Assembly (NCBI GenBank): GCA_002299785.1
Contig: DBNL01000070.1
Coordinates: forward strand, 1-57,832
DNA: 57,832 nucleotides
Direction of reading: 5' to 3'
Source: Verrucomicrobia bacterium UBA673
GTDB taxonomy: Bacteria > Verrucomicrobiota > Verrucomicrobiia > Limisphaerales > UBA1096
A program made the position numbers and the translations under genes. The stretch's first letter is position 1; every line of letters begins with the position of its first letter. This document shows, in pieces, positions 50,281-57,832 of the stretch. The notes under the pieces are model-generated. The model made no database searches. It was given only the letters and a program-made list of their open reading frames with translations, and was not told the origin of the DNA.

Positions 50281-51381
50281 TTATTCCTCATTCTGTTCTG
50301 TTTTTCCGATGTCTGGCATGTCTGGGCGACCTACCTTCAAGAGCCGGCTTCGCAGTAGGTTGGCTCGGAGGATGTCCCGTTTCTCTGCAGAGAGTTTTCC
50401 CTCCAGGGTTTTCTGCAGGTGAGCCGGCTGGGTGATGATGAAAAGCTCTTCGGTCAACGCCGGCTTGTTGCCGGGGAACAGGGAAAGGTCGATACCGAGA
50501 CGGAAGAGCGACAGCAGATTCATGGTTTCCTTGGAGGAGATGCTGTGAGAGTTGGCCAGGATGCCGTAGGCCCGGCCGATGTGGTTATAGACCATTTTGG
50601 CCTTGTTCTCGAGGAGCTTGGCCCGGGCATTCTCCTCGTGGTCGATGATCTGCAGGAGAACCTTGTTGAGCCGCTCGACGATGTCCGACTCCGTCTCGCC
50701 GAGGGTCATCTGGTTGGAGACCTGGAAGACGTTGCCCAGCGCCTCCGTGCCTTCTCCGTGCAGACCACGGACGGCCAGACCAAGCTTGTTGACCGCCTGG
50801 ATAATCTGGTTAATCTGCTCGCTCAAGACTAGCCCTGGCAGGTGCAGCATCGCACTGACACGAATGCCGGTGCCAAGGTTGGTGGGGCAGGCGGTCAGGT
50901 AGCCGCGTCGCTTGCAGAAGGCGTAGTCGAGGTTGGACTCAAGCGCGGTGTCGAACTGGTCGACCGCCATCCAAGCTTTGTCCATCTGCAATCCCGGTAG
51001 TAGGGCCTGCATGCGCAGGTGATCTTCCTCGTTGATCATTACACAAAGCGCCTCGTCGCTGCTAAGCACCATGCCGCTGCCGGCTGTCTTGGCGGCGTGC
51101 TCCCGGCTGATGAAATGGCGTTCGACGAGCAGTTGCTTGTCCAGCGTGGGCAACTCCTCCATGCCGGCGTGAAAGCCGTCCCGCATCGGGGCCACTTCCA
51201 TGACGTTGTCGAGGATTTGCTTGAAGGTTTTTACTCGAACCGTTTTTTTTGCCCAACCCGGGAACGGTAAGTTGGCGAGATTGCGGGCCAACCGCACTCG
51301 GCTAGACAGGACGATCTTATTGGAGGGCCCCTCGCGGCGAGCCGCCTCTGCCGGCTTGGAAAGGATTTCGTTGATGTTCAT
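50281..51381 (-). CDS. mcsB: Protein arginine kinase McsB (ATP:guanido phosphotransferase family)
   Basis: SSRVRLARNL and CPTNLGTGIRVS motifs of guanido kinases. Position between mcsA and clpC. Confidence 0.85.
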   Translation of the reverse strand: MNINEILSKPAEAARREGPSNKIVLSSRVRLARNLANLPFPGWAKKTVRVKTFKQILDNVMEVAPMRDGFHAGMEELPTLDKQLLVERHFISREHAAKTAGSGMVLSSDEALCVMINEEDHLRMQALLPGLQMDKAWMAVDQFDTALESNLDYAFCKRRGYLTACPTNLGTGIRVSAMLHLPGLVLSEQINQIIQAVNKLGLAVRGLHGEGTEALGNVFQVSNQMTLGETESDIVERLNKVLLQIIDHEENARAKLLENKAKMVYNHIGRAYGILANSHSISSKETMNLLSLFRLGIDLSLFPGNKPALTEELFIITQPAHLQKTLEGKLSAEKRDILRANLLRSRLLKVGRPDMPDIGKTEQNEE

Positions 51382-51384
51382 CTC

Positions 51385-51891
51385 TCAGACTATGCTGGAC
51401 TCGGAGAAATCCGATTTAACCCGGGAAATCTCGTCTCGAACCTCCGCCGCCTTTTCATAATCCTCCTTGGCCACTGCCTTGTCCAGCTTGGTTTGTAGTG
51501 AGTGCAACCGATCCACGTATACTTTCGTCTGCTGCCAGACCGCCGGTGCCTTGCCGGTGTGACGTGTGCCCTTGTGCATGCTCTTGAGAAGACTCTCCAC
51601 TCCTTCCGTAAAATGGTCGTAACAATCGGGGCAACCCAGCCGGCCGGTCTTCTTGAAATCCGTCTGGCTGAAGCCACACTTGGGGCATTTCCCCGTGGTG
51701 CTACCGGACTCTTCCATCTCCTGCGAGGCGCCGAGGCCCAACAATAGGTCGGCCAGCGAAAAGCCGGTGGGGTCATCCACGCCCTTCGCTTTCGAGCAAC
51801 TCTCGCACAGGTCGATCTTCTTGGTCTTACCCTCAACCATCTGGGTCAAGTGAACCGTCGCCTCATTTTCTTTGCAAATATCGCAGAGCAT
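51385..51891 (-). CDS. mcsA: McsA-like activator (Cys-cluster zinc fingers plus UVR motif)
   Basis: CDICK...CESC and CPKC...CPDC clusters, and a C-terminal UVR-like EDYEKAAEVRDEI. Confidence 0.75.
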   Translation of the reverse strand: MLCDICKENEATVHLTQMVEGKTKKIDLCESCSKAKGVDDPTGFSLADLLLGLGASQEMEESGSTTGKCPKCGFSQTDFKKTGRLGCPDCYDHFTEGVESLLKSMHKGTRHTGKAPAVWQQTKVYVDRLHSLQTKLDKAVAKEDYEKAAEVRDEISRVKSDFSESSIV

Positions 51892-52108
51892 CCGTCCAGG
51901 GAAAAATTGTCGTTCGTACAGTTAGTCTAAACGGGTCAAGCCGTTTAACCCCTCAAAAACAAAGAAAACATAGCACGAAAACTACCGAAATCAAAGGCGC
52001 AAGGCTGCTAAGTTGCCTATTGAAAAATTGGCCAAGCGCGGGCTGGGGTTAGCTCTCCGGGCCGGTTGTGGAAAAAGCCCCATAGACACCCATCTTGCAC
52101 CGGATAGC

Positions 52109-52984
52109 TCAGCGCTTGGCGATCGGCTCGCCGGAGACCTTGGTCAGTTCGTGGTAAGCCTTGACAACATTCTTCGTGACCGGCCCCGGCTTACCGTTGC
52201 CGATGACCCGCTGGTCGATCTTTACCACCGGCACGATCTCTGCACCGGTGCCGGTGAGGAAACATTCGTCGGCGTTGAACAAGTCGTACCGCGTCATGTT
52301 CGGCTCGGAAGTAGGTACTCCAAGCTCGGCCAGTAGATCGATCGCTGTGCCTCGGGTGATGCCGTGCAGTGCCCCGGACGACAGTGGCGGCGTGAACATC
52401 CGCCCGTCCTTGAGTATGAAAATATTGTCGCCGGTGCACTCGGCCACGTAGCCCTCTGCGTTGAGCATGATCGCCTCCTCATATCCGGCGATGTTCGCCT
52501 CGATCTTGGCCATGATGTTGTTAAGGTAATTCAGGGACTTGATGGCCGGGTTGACCGCGTTGTGATGGTTGCGCGTCGTTGCCACTGTCACGATCTCCAT
52601 GCCTTTTTTATAAAGGCTTGGCGGGTAAAGCTGAATCTTGCCGGCGATGATGATCACCTGCGGGTCGGAGCAGCGGTTGGGGTTCAGGCCCAGCGTACCG
52701 CGACCGCGAGTTACCACCAATCGGATGTAGCCGTCGTTGAGTTTGTTGCGGCGGCACGTCTCAAGCGTGGCTTCCATCAGCTCCGCATGCGTCATCGGTA
52801 GGTCGAGCAGGATAGCTTTGGCTGAGTAGAACAGCCGGTCGATGTGTTCCTTCAGCTTGAACAACCGGCCGTGGTACGCGCGGATGCCCTCAAACACGCC
52901 GTCGCCGTAAAGTAGCCCGTGATCGAACACTGACACCTTCGCGTTTTGTTCGCTATAAAATCTGCCGTTGATATAAACCTTCAT
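52109..52984 (-). CDS. ilvE: Branched-chain amino acid aminotransferase (fold type IV)
   Basis: MKVYINGRFY...VSVFDHGLLYGDGVFEGIR and the typical class IV pattern. The Met at 52984 gives 291 aa. The ORF extension to 53137 has no family counterpart. Confidence 0.85.
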   Translation of the reverse strand: MKVYINGRFYSEQNAKVSVFDHGLLYGDGVFEGIRAYHGRLFKLKEHIDRLFYSAKAILLDLPMTHAELMEATLETCRRNKLNDGYIRLVVTRGRGTLGLNPNRCSDPQVIIIAGKIQLYPPSLYKKGMEIVTVATTRNHHNAVNPAIKSLNYLNNIMAKIEANIAGYEEAIMLNAEGYVAECTGDNIFILKDGRMFTPPLSSGALHGITRGTAIDLLAELGVPTSEPNMTRYDLFNADECFLTGTGAEIVPVVKIDQRVIGNGKPGPVTKNVVKAYHELTKVSGEPIAKR

Positions 52985-53195
52985 TCCCAAAAGCGGGGGT
53001 AAATCTACTGGAACCCACCCCGGCTTGGCAAGGGTGCACGGGAAGCCGAGCTTGCTTGCCATTTTTTTCACCGACATTGTTGGATTCTTTAAACTCACGG
53101 AGGTTGAGATGGTTACGGCGCTCGATTTGCTCGTCATGCAGAAGTAGATCGCCCAGTGAGCAGGTCATAGAGTTGCGCGGTGAATAACTTGGTCT

Positions 53196-54083
53196 TTGCC
53201 CGGGCGGTGGATTGGCCTAACTTGTTCACCGATGCTCGGCGTGTATCATCAACTGCTCGACGCTACCATTGGCCACCTCGAGTCGCTCAAGCAGCGGGGT
53301 GTGCGCTACGTCGATGCGTCGCCGGAGTCGCTGTCGCGCCTGGCCAGGCCGGCTGCACAAAAAACCACCACCGCCCCGCTTGAACAGGCGGCGCCAACCC
53401 TCATTCCGCAGCGTCCCGACGAGCCAAGCGTTTACGACTCGCCCAATCTCTCCGCCGCCGATAAAGAATCCGCGATGACCAAGCTGCGTGACGAGGCGCT
53501 GGCCTGCGCCCAGTGCGCGCACCTCGTATCGACGCGAACGCAGGTCGTGTTCGGGGTCGGCACCGTCCATGCGGAGTTGATGCTCATCGGCGAGGCGCCG
53601 GGGCTGGACGAGGACAAGGAGGGTGAGCCGTTCGTCGGCGCGGCCGGCCAACTGCTGACCAAGATCATTGAGGCCACCGGACTCGATCGTGACAAGGTTT
53701 ACATCGCCAACATCCTCAAGTGCCGCCCTGACACACCCGGCAAGGTATACGGCAACCGCAAGCCGCGCCCCGAGGAAATGGAAACCTGTTTCTCGTGGGT
53801 CAAGCGGCAGATCGAGATCATCCAGCCCAGGGTGATGGTTGCGCTGGGTGGAACAGCCGTCGAGGGCCTGCTCGGCAAAATGCCGTCCGGCATCACTCGA
53901 CTGCGCGGCAACTGGCAGGAGTACCGCGGCTTGCCGGTGATGCCCACTTTCCACCCGTCCTACCTGCTGCGCAACCAGTCGTGGGTGATCAAGCGACACG
54001 TCTGGGAGGACATGATGCAGGTGATGGAACGCCTCAACATGCCCATCAGCGAAAAACAAAGAGGCTACTTCAAACGCCGGTAG
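53196..54083 (+). CDS. Family-4 uracil-DNA glycosylase (Fe-S type) with an N-terminal extension
   Basis: CAQCAHL Cys motif, [23 protein letters not shown], and HPSYLLRN. The true start is uncertain (53196 or the Met at 53232). Confidence 0.8.
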   Translation: MPGRWIGLTCSPMLGVYHQLLDATIGHLESLKQRGVRYVDASPESLSRLARPAAQKTTTAPLEQAAPTLIPQRPDEPSVYDSPNLSAADKESAMTKLRDEALACAQCAHLVSTRTQVVFGVGTVHAELMLIGEAPGLDEDKEGEPFVGAAGQLLTKIIEATGLDRDKVYIANILKCRPDTPGKVYGNRKPRPEEMETCFSWVKRQIEIIQPRVMVALGGTAVEGLLGKMPSGITRLRGNWQEYRGLPVMPTFHPSYLLRNQSWVIKRHVWEDMMQVMERLNMPISEKQRGYFKRR

Positions 54084-54377
54084 CGCTTGGCTGGATATTT
54101 TGTTTTCAACCGCGAATTCACGCGAAGAAACACGAATGAAACCAGAGAATCCCTTTTCCCTCGAGGGAGAAGGTGCCGAAGGCCGGATGAGGGTGAACGG
54201 GCTTGGCCAAGTGCGCTTGGTGGTCACTCCAATCCTGTCTATCCTTGTTTATTTTTCATGACCAAATTGGAACATGAATGGACAGGATTATTTTGAACGG
54301 GCAAACAACCGGCTCATTTTACTGTCCTCAAAGCGGTGCAGAGAACCGGACTGCAAAACGCTCCCGCGAAAGTCCCA

Positions 54378-54424
54378 CCCAAAAACAAACGCAGCCGGCG
54401 TCCTTTTGGGAGCAACCGGCTGCG
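54378..54424 (-). terminator. Candidate rho-independent terminator for the small minus-strand gene
   Basis: A 9-bp stem CGCAGCCGG (54390-54398) / CCGGCTGCG (54416-54424) with a 17-nt loop. On the minus strand it is followed by TTTGTTTTTGGG. Confidence 0.45.
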
Positions 54425-54470
54425 GGTCAGTTCTTATTCAGTATTTCCAAATCGGGCCTTCGCCCGTGCG

Positions 54471-54731
54471 TTACAAGGAGAGTGACTCCTCGTTGATTCG
54501 GGTGAACGAATCGAGTTGGGGGGCCTTGAAGCCACCCCGGTCGGCGTTCGCCAGATTCAGGATCGTGTCCAGATCCTCGCTGACAGTCATCCGTCCCCAT
54601 CGGGTCTGAATCATTGTCTGGTCACCCACCGGTTCAACGGAGATGACCGTGTCGAGGTTGAACAGAATCTTGGAATCTTCCTCGGTACAACCGGTCGGCG
54701 AAGCCTGTGTCAGTTTCACGAAGTGTGCCAT
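54471..54731 (-). CDS. Hypothetical small protein (86 aa)
   Basis: ORF with an internal Met start (MAHFVKLTQ...) and a downstream terminator-like hairpin. No recognisable family. Confidence 0.4.
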   Translation of the reverse strand: MAHFVKLTQASPTGCTEEDSKILFNLDTVISVEPVGDQTMIQTRWGRMTVSEDLDTILNLANADRGGFKAPQLDSFTRINEESLSL

Positions 54732-54874
54732 TTTCTGTTTCCTTTCTTCCATGCTGATTGACCTTCAATCAACAACGAATTCATTAAGGCACAAGCCGGC
54801 GGCGCGTTCAAGGGCAATTACATTTGTGACCGTTTTGTGACCTTGGCCAAGAGGAACGCACTAGGTCCTCGAAG

Positions 54875-56215
54875 TTATTCCGCCTGGCCAAGCGCTTGGC
54901 GGTCGGGGCGGCTGCGGTGATAGAGCCACCCGAACTGTGCCGCTTGACCAAGCGAATAGATGATGTAGGCGAAGATGGCTCCGGCCAGCCAGTCGCCGTG
55001 CGCCCCCACGGTCAGCCCCGCCACGATCACCACGAGAAACATCGCCACTGACTCGGTGACGCTGCGGGTGCTGTGCGAGTACACGAGCAGTCCCTGGAAA
55101 AAGCTACTGCCAAAGCCGAATGCGGCCAGTGTCAACGCCGCCCAGACGGCTTGGGAGGCAAGCTTGGCCAAGTTCGTATTGAGGCCGCTGACGGTGCCAA
55201 ACCAGCCGTTGGCCAACGGCGAGGCGACGATCAGTAGTTGCAGGCAGAACACGCCCAGCGCGGCCTGCCATGCGAAGCGCCGCAGGGCTGTGTAGCCGCC
55301 GGGCCGCTCGACCAGCGCCACCACGACTTCTAGAAAGGCGAGGCTGATCGAGCGAAACAAAAATGTGAAGCCGTTGAGTGCCGGGAGGATGGCCAGCGAC
55401 TCGGTTGGCGACGGCATGCGGCTGATGCCGGCGGTGAGCATCGGCTGCGCGGCGAGGCCAAGCAGCGGGCTCAAGGCGAGCGGAATGTAAAATGTGAGAA
55501 ACCGTTTGCGGTTGAGGGGCGGCTCGTTGGACCGCGCCGTGGGCAGGATGTCGCGAACGATTGGCCGAACTTTCCACGCGATGTAAATGGCCTCGATCAC
55601 TACGCCGGCGGAGACGGCTGCTGTGGCGGCGATGATGCCAAGCTCCGGCTGTCCGACGCGCTTGGCCATGGCGTGGCAGATGAACAGCACCGACACGACA
55701 GCGAAGAGGCGGGTGATCGTGCCCCAAGTGACGGTTCTCGAGTGGCCGAACCGGATCAGCACGCCCTGGTTGAATCGCCGGTGGGCGATGGCCCACGTCC
55801 ACGGCGTCATGATGATCATGCCGAGTCGGCTCGCCTCGAGGATGTCTGACTCGACGCCGAGCAGTCCGCCTACAAGCAGGTCGAACAGCGGCGTGACGGC
55901 GACGAGCAGGTGTAGCGCCGACAGGCCGCCACCGGCGATCATCATGAAGAGCCACAGTTTTTTGTACGAGGCGAGATCGCGGCTGAGCTTGGTGCTGGCG
56001 GTGAGCAGCATGATGATCGGCGCCTCGATCAGCAGCGAGAGCGGGAACACCACGCCGCCGTACGCGCCGAGGTTGACTTCCGGGTTGGCCAGGCGCGCCA
56101 CCACGGCGCTAAGCAGCGGCAACTCGATGCCCATCATCAGCCAGCTCAGGGCGAGAGGGAACCACGTCTTCCAGACATCAATACTGGTGACGGGTTGACT
56201 TTTTAAGTTGTGCAT
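54875..56215 (-). CDS. Polytopic membrane protein, MATE/MOP-superfamily-like (about 12 TM)
   Basis: 446 aa and almost entirely hydrophobic helices. The N-terminal region resembles MATE-type transporters, but I cannot verify the family. Confidence 0.5.
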   Translation of the reverse strand: MHNLKSQPVTSIDVWKTWFPLALSWLMMGIELPLLSAVVARLANPEVNLGAYGGVVFPLSLLIEAPIIMLLTASTKLSRDLASYKKLWLFMMIAGGGLSALHLLVAVTPLFDLLVGGLLGVESDILEASRLGMIIMTPWTWAIAHRRFNQGVLIRFGHSRTVTWGTITRLFAVVSVLFICHAMAKRVGQPELGIIAATAAVSAGVVIEAIYIAWKVRPIVRDILPTARSNEPPLNRKRFLTFYIPLALSPLLGLAAQPMLTAGISRMPSPTESLAILPALNGFTFLFRSISLAFLEVVVALVERPGGYTALRRFAWQAALGVFCLQLLIVASPLANGWFGTVSGLNTNLAKLASQAVWAALTLAAFGFGSSFFQGLLVYSHSTRSVTESVAMFLVVIVAGLTVGAHGDWLAGAIFAYIIYSLGQAAQFGWLYHRSRPDRQALGQAE

Positions 56216-56292
56216 TGGATTTTAACTCCCGATCATTGCGAGGGCGTCCCTATTGGGGGACGAACCCTTACGGCAAAGGCGGAGGTAGAACG

Positions 56293-56811
56293 ATGCAAAT
56301 AAATTCAACAGTCAATCAGGCCATCAATAAGCAGATCGGGATGGAACTCGGCGCTTATCTGCAGTATCTCACGATCTCGACCTATTTTGACGTGGAGGGG
56401 TTGAGCGAGTTGGCGGCGTTTTTCAAGGCGCAAGCTGAGGACGAGCGCGACCACGCCGAGCGGTTCATCAATCACGTGGTGGCCTTCAACGGTAGGTTGG
56501 AGATCCCGGCAATCGAGGCACCGGTCAGCACGGTGTCTTCCGTCGTTGAGGCGGCCAAGTTGTCGCTCGATTGGGAGATGAAAGTAACTGAGGAAATCAA
56601 CGCCCTCATGAAGCTGTCGGCCTCCGAAGGTGACCATATCACCGAAAATTTCATGACTTGGTTTTTGGATGAGCAACTTGAGGAGTTGTCCACCATGAAC
56701 AGGCTACTGAAAGTGGCCGAGCGGGCCGGTGACAACGAGCTCGCCGTGGAGGATTTCATGGTGCGACAACGTGGCAAGCAGCAACCCAACCCCCAAGGCG
56801 CTGGTGAGTAG
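56293..56811 (+). CDS. Ferritin (non-heme, Ftn-like)
   Basis: Ferroxidase-centre residues in ELGAYLQY and AEDERDHAERF. GGAGG lies 8 nt upstream of the ATG at 56293. The ORF-track start at 56215 is unlikely. Confidence 0.85.
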   Translation: MQINSTVNQAINKQIGMELGAYLQYLTISTYFDVEGLSELAAFFKAQAEDERDHAERFINHVVAFNGRLEIPAIEAPVSTVSSVVEAAKLSLDWEMKVTEEINALMKLSASEGDHITENFMTWFLDEQLEELSTMNRLLKVAERAGDNELAVEDFMVRQRGKQQPNPQGAGE

Positions 56812-56830
56812 CCCGGCCGCATCTGGCCGG

Positions 56831-57508
56831 GTGCGGCTGGTTTTGTTCGACATCGATGGCACGCTGGTCAGCACCGGAGGCGCTGGAGTGAAGGCGTTCG
56901 GCGAGGCGTTCGAGTCGGCGTTCGGCATCGATGATGCCACGGGCAAGATCAAATTCGCCGGGCGCACCGACTACTCGCTCTTTCGCGAGATGTGCCGGTA
57001 TGGTGGGGTCGATTGCACGCCGGAAAACCGCGAGTCATTTTTCAGTCATTACCTTCGCTTTGTTGACAGTCATCTTGACGCAAACGAGGGCGGGTCGTTC
57101 CCCGGTGTGGTGCGGTTGCTCGATGACTTGGCGGCATTGCCGGACGCGCCGGTGCTTGGCTTATTGACGGGCAACATCCGTGAGGGAGCCAAGCGCAAAC
57201 TTCGTGCGTACGGGCTGTGGGATCGGTTTGAGCTGGGCGGTTTTGCCGACGACAACGAGGATCGTAACCTGATTGCCGTCGCCGCTGCGGCCAAGGGCAG
57301 CGAGTATCTCAAGCGTCAACTGGCCGGCCTTGAGATCGTCGTGATTGGAGACACGCCCAGAGACGTCAGCTGCGGCAAACACATTGGCGCACGCACGCTG
57401 GCCGTCGCCACAGGAGGCGCGACGCTGGAGGCACTTCGGGCCTGTGAGCCGGACTGGGCTGTGGCCGATCTCACCCACCTGTCCGCCGCCGAAGTCTGCG
57501 GCCGCTGA
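56831..57508 (+). CDS. HAD-superfamily hydrolase (phosphoglycolate phosphatase-like)
   Basis: Motif I LFDIDGTLV, motif II LLTGN, and motif IV GDTPRD. The GTG at 56831 avoids the overlap with the ferritin gene. Confidence 0.75.
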   Translation: MRLVLFDIDGTLVSTGGAGVKAFGEAFESAFGIDDATGKIKFAGRTDYSLFREMCRYGGVDCTPENRESFFSHYLRFVDSHLDANEGGSFPGVVRLLDDLAALPDAPVLGLLTGNIREGAKRKLRAYGLWDRFELGGFADDNEDRNLIAVAAAAKGSEYLKRQLAGLEIVVIGDTPRDVSCGKHIGARTLAVATGGATLEALRACEPDWAVADLTHLSAAEVCGR

Positions 57509-57596
57509 TTCCGCGCTAGCCCAACGGCTTAGCGGTAGAAAGCGGTTTTCATTCCGGGTGTGCTTTGGTATTGTCCCTCTTCCTATCGAAGTACAA

Positions 57597-57832
57597 ATGA
57601 GCATGGAGCAATTTTCCCTCAAGGGCAGGACGGCATTGGTGACCGGCAGTTCAACCGGCTTGGGCAAGCGGATGGCGATGGCGCTTGGGCAAGCGGGAGC
57701 CAAGGTCGCGTTGAACTACAACAACAATGAGGAGCGCGCCGCCAAGGCGTTCGCTGAGTTTGAGGCCACTGGGGCCGATGGGGCGATGATCCGCGCCAAC
57801 GTGACCGACGAGGCCGACGTTAACCGCCTCGT
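57597..57832 (+). CDS. SDR-family oxidoreductase, 5-prime partial (runs off the window)
   Basis: MSMEQFSLKGRTALVTGSSTGLGK is the classical TGxxxGxG start. The frame stays open to the window end. Confidence 0.75.
   Translation, partial: MSMEQFSLKGRTALVTGSSTGLGKRMAMALGQAGAKVALNYNNNEERAAKAFAEFEATGADGAMIRANVTDEADVNRL

Noticed and set aside
51921-51950. Searched for a CtsR operator upstream of mcsA because GGTCAAG occurs there.
   Set aside because: Only a single heptad-like unit is present and it is part of an inverted repeat, not a direct repeat. It does not match the GGTCAAA-N3-GGTCAAA consensus. It is reported instead as an unassigned palindrome.
54340-54380. RNase P RNA-like strings: GAAAGTCC at 54368-54375 and CAGAGAACCGG about 20 nt upstream.
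   Set aside because: The order and spacing are wrong. In RNase P RNA the GAAAGUCC element is near the 5-prime end and the ACAGAACCCGG element is nearly 300 nt downstream. The other conserved regions are absent.

Overview
A 57.8-kb chromosomal segment that looks like it comes from a PVC-superphylum (Verrucomicrobiota-like) diderm. This placement is inferred from a prepilin-type N-terminal methylation protein of the DUF1559 kind, PA14/CxxCH and FG-GAP/CxxCH secreted proteins, and LPS/outer-membrane genes (waaA, lpxB, mlaFED, an O-antigen-ligase-like gene). I call about 55 protein genes and see no rRNA, tRNA, CRISPR array, transposase or integrase. Most of the content is housekeeping. It includes cysH-cysC-cysD-cysN, gap, a peroxiredoxin, aroQ, holB, trpA, phoH-ybeY-DUF502-recO, clpB, metF, tatD, an ECF sigma/anti-sigma pair, a polyprenyl synthase, folA-thyA, lpxB, mlaFED, mcsA-mcsB-clpC, ilvE, a family-4 UDG, a ferritin, and HAD and SDR enzymes. 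Six things stand out. (1) The palindrome TTGGCCAA (extended consensus GCGCTTGGCCAAGCGC) is extremely over-represented across genes on both strands, in several reading frames, and in intergenic DNA. (2) The first 6.5 kb is a lower-G+C, motif-poor block encoding a MacAB-like efflux system with three tandem paralogous FtsX-type permeases, a separate ATPase, and an adaptor carrying a canonical EF-hand loop and an RGG tail. (3) A minus-strand gene string at 24.7-28.4 kb combines an FG-GAP/CxxCH protein, a GYF_2 plus cNMP-binding protein, a membrane-anchored coiled-coil protein and small peptides. (4) A ClpX paralog lacks the zinc-binding domain and has a C-terminal extension. (5) A Firmicute-style mcsA-mcsB-clpC module has no ctsR. 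(6) An oversized enolase-superfamily gene is translationally coupled to lpxB, next to mlaFED. All calls rest on motif recognition by eye; no searches were run.
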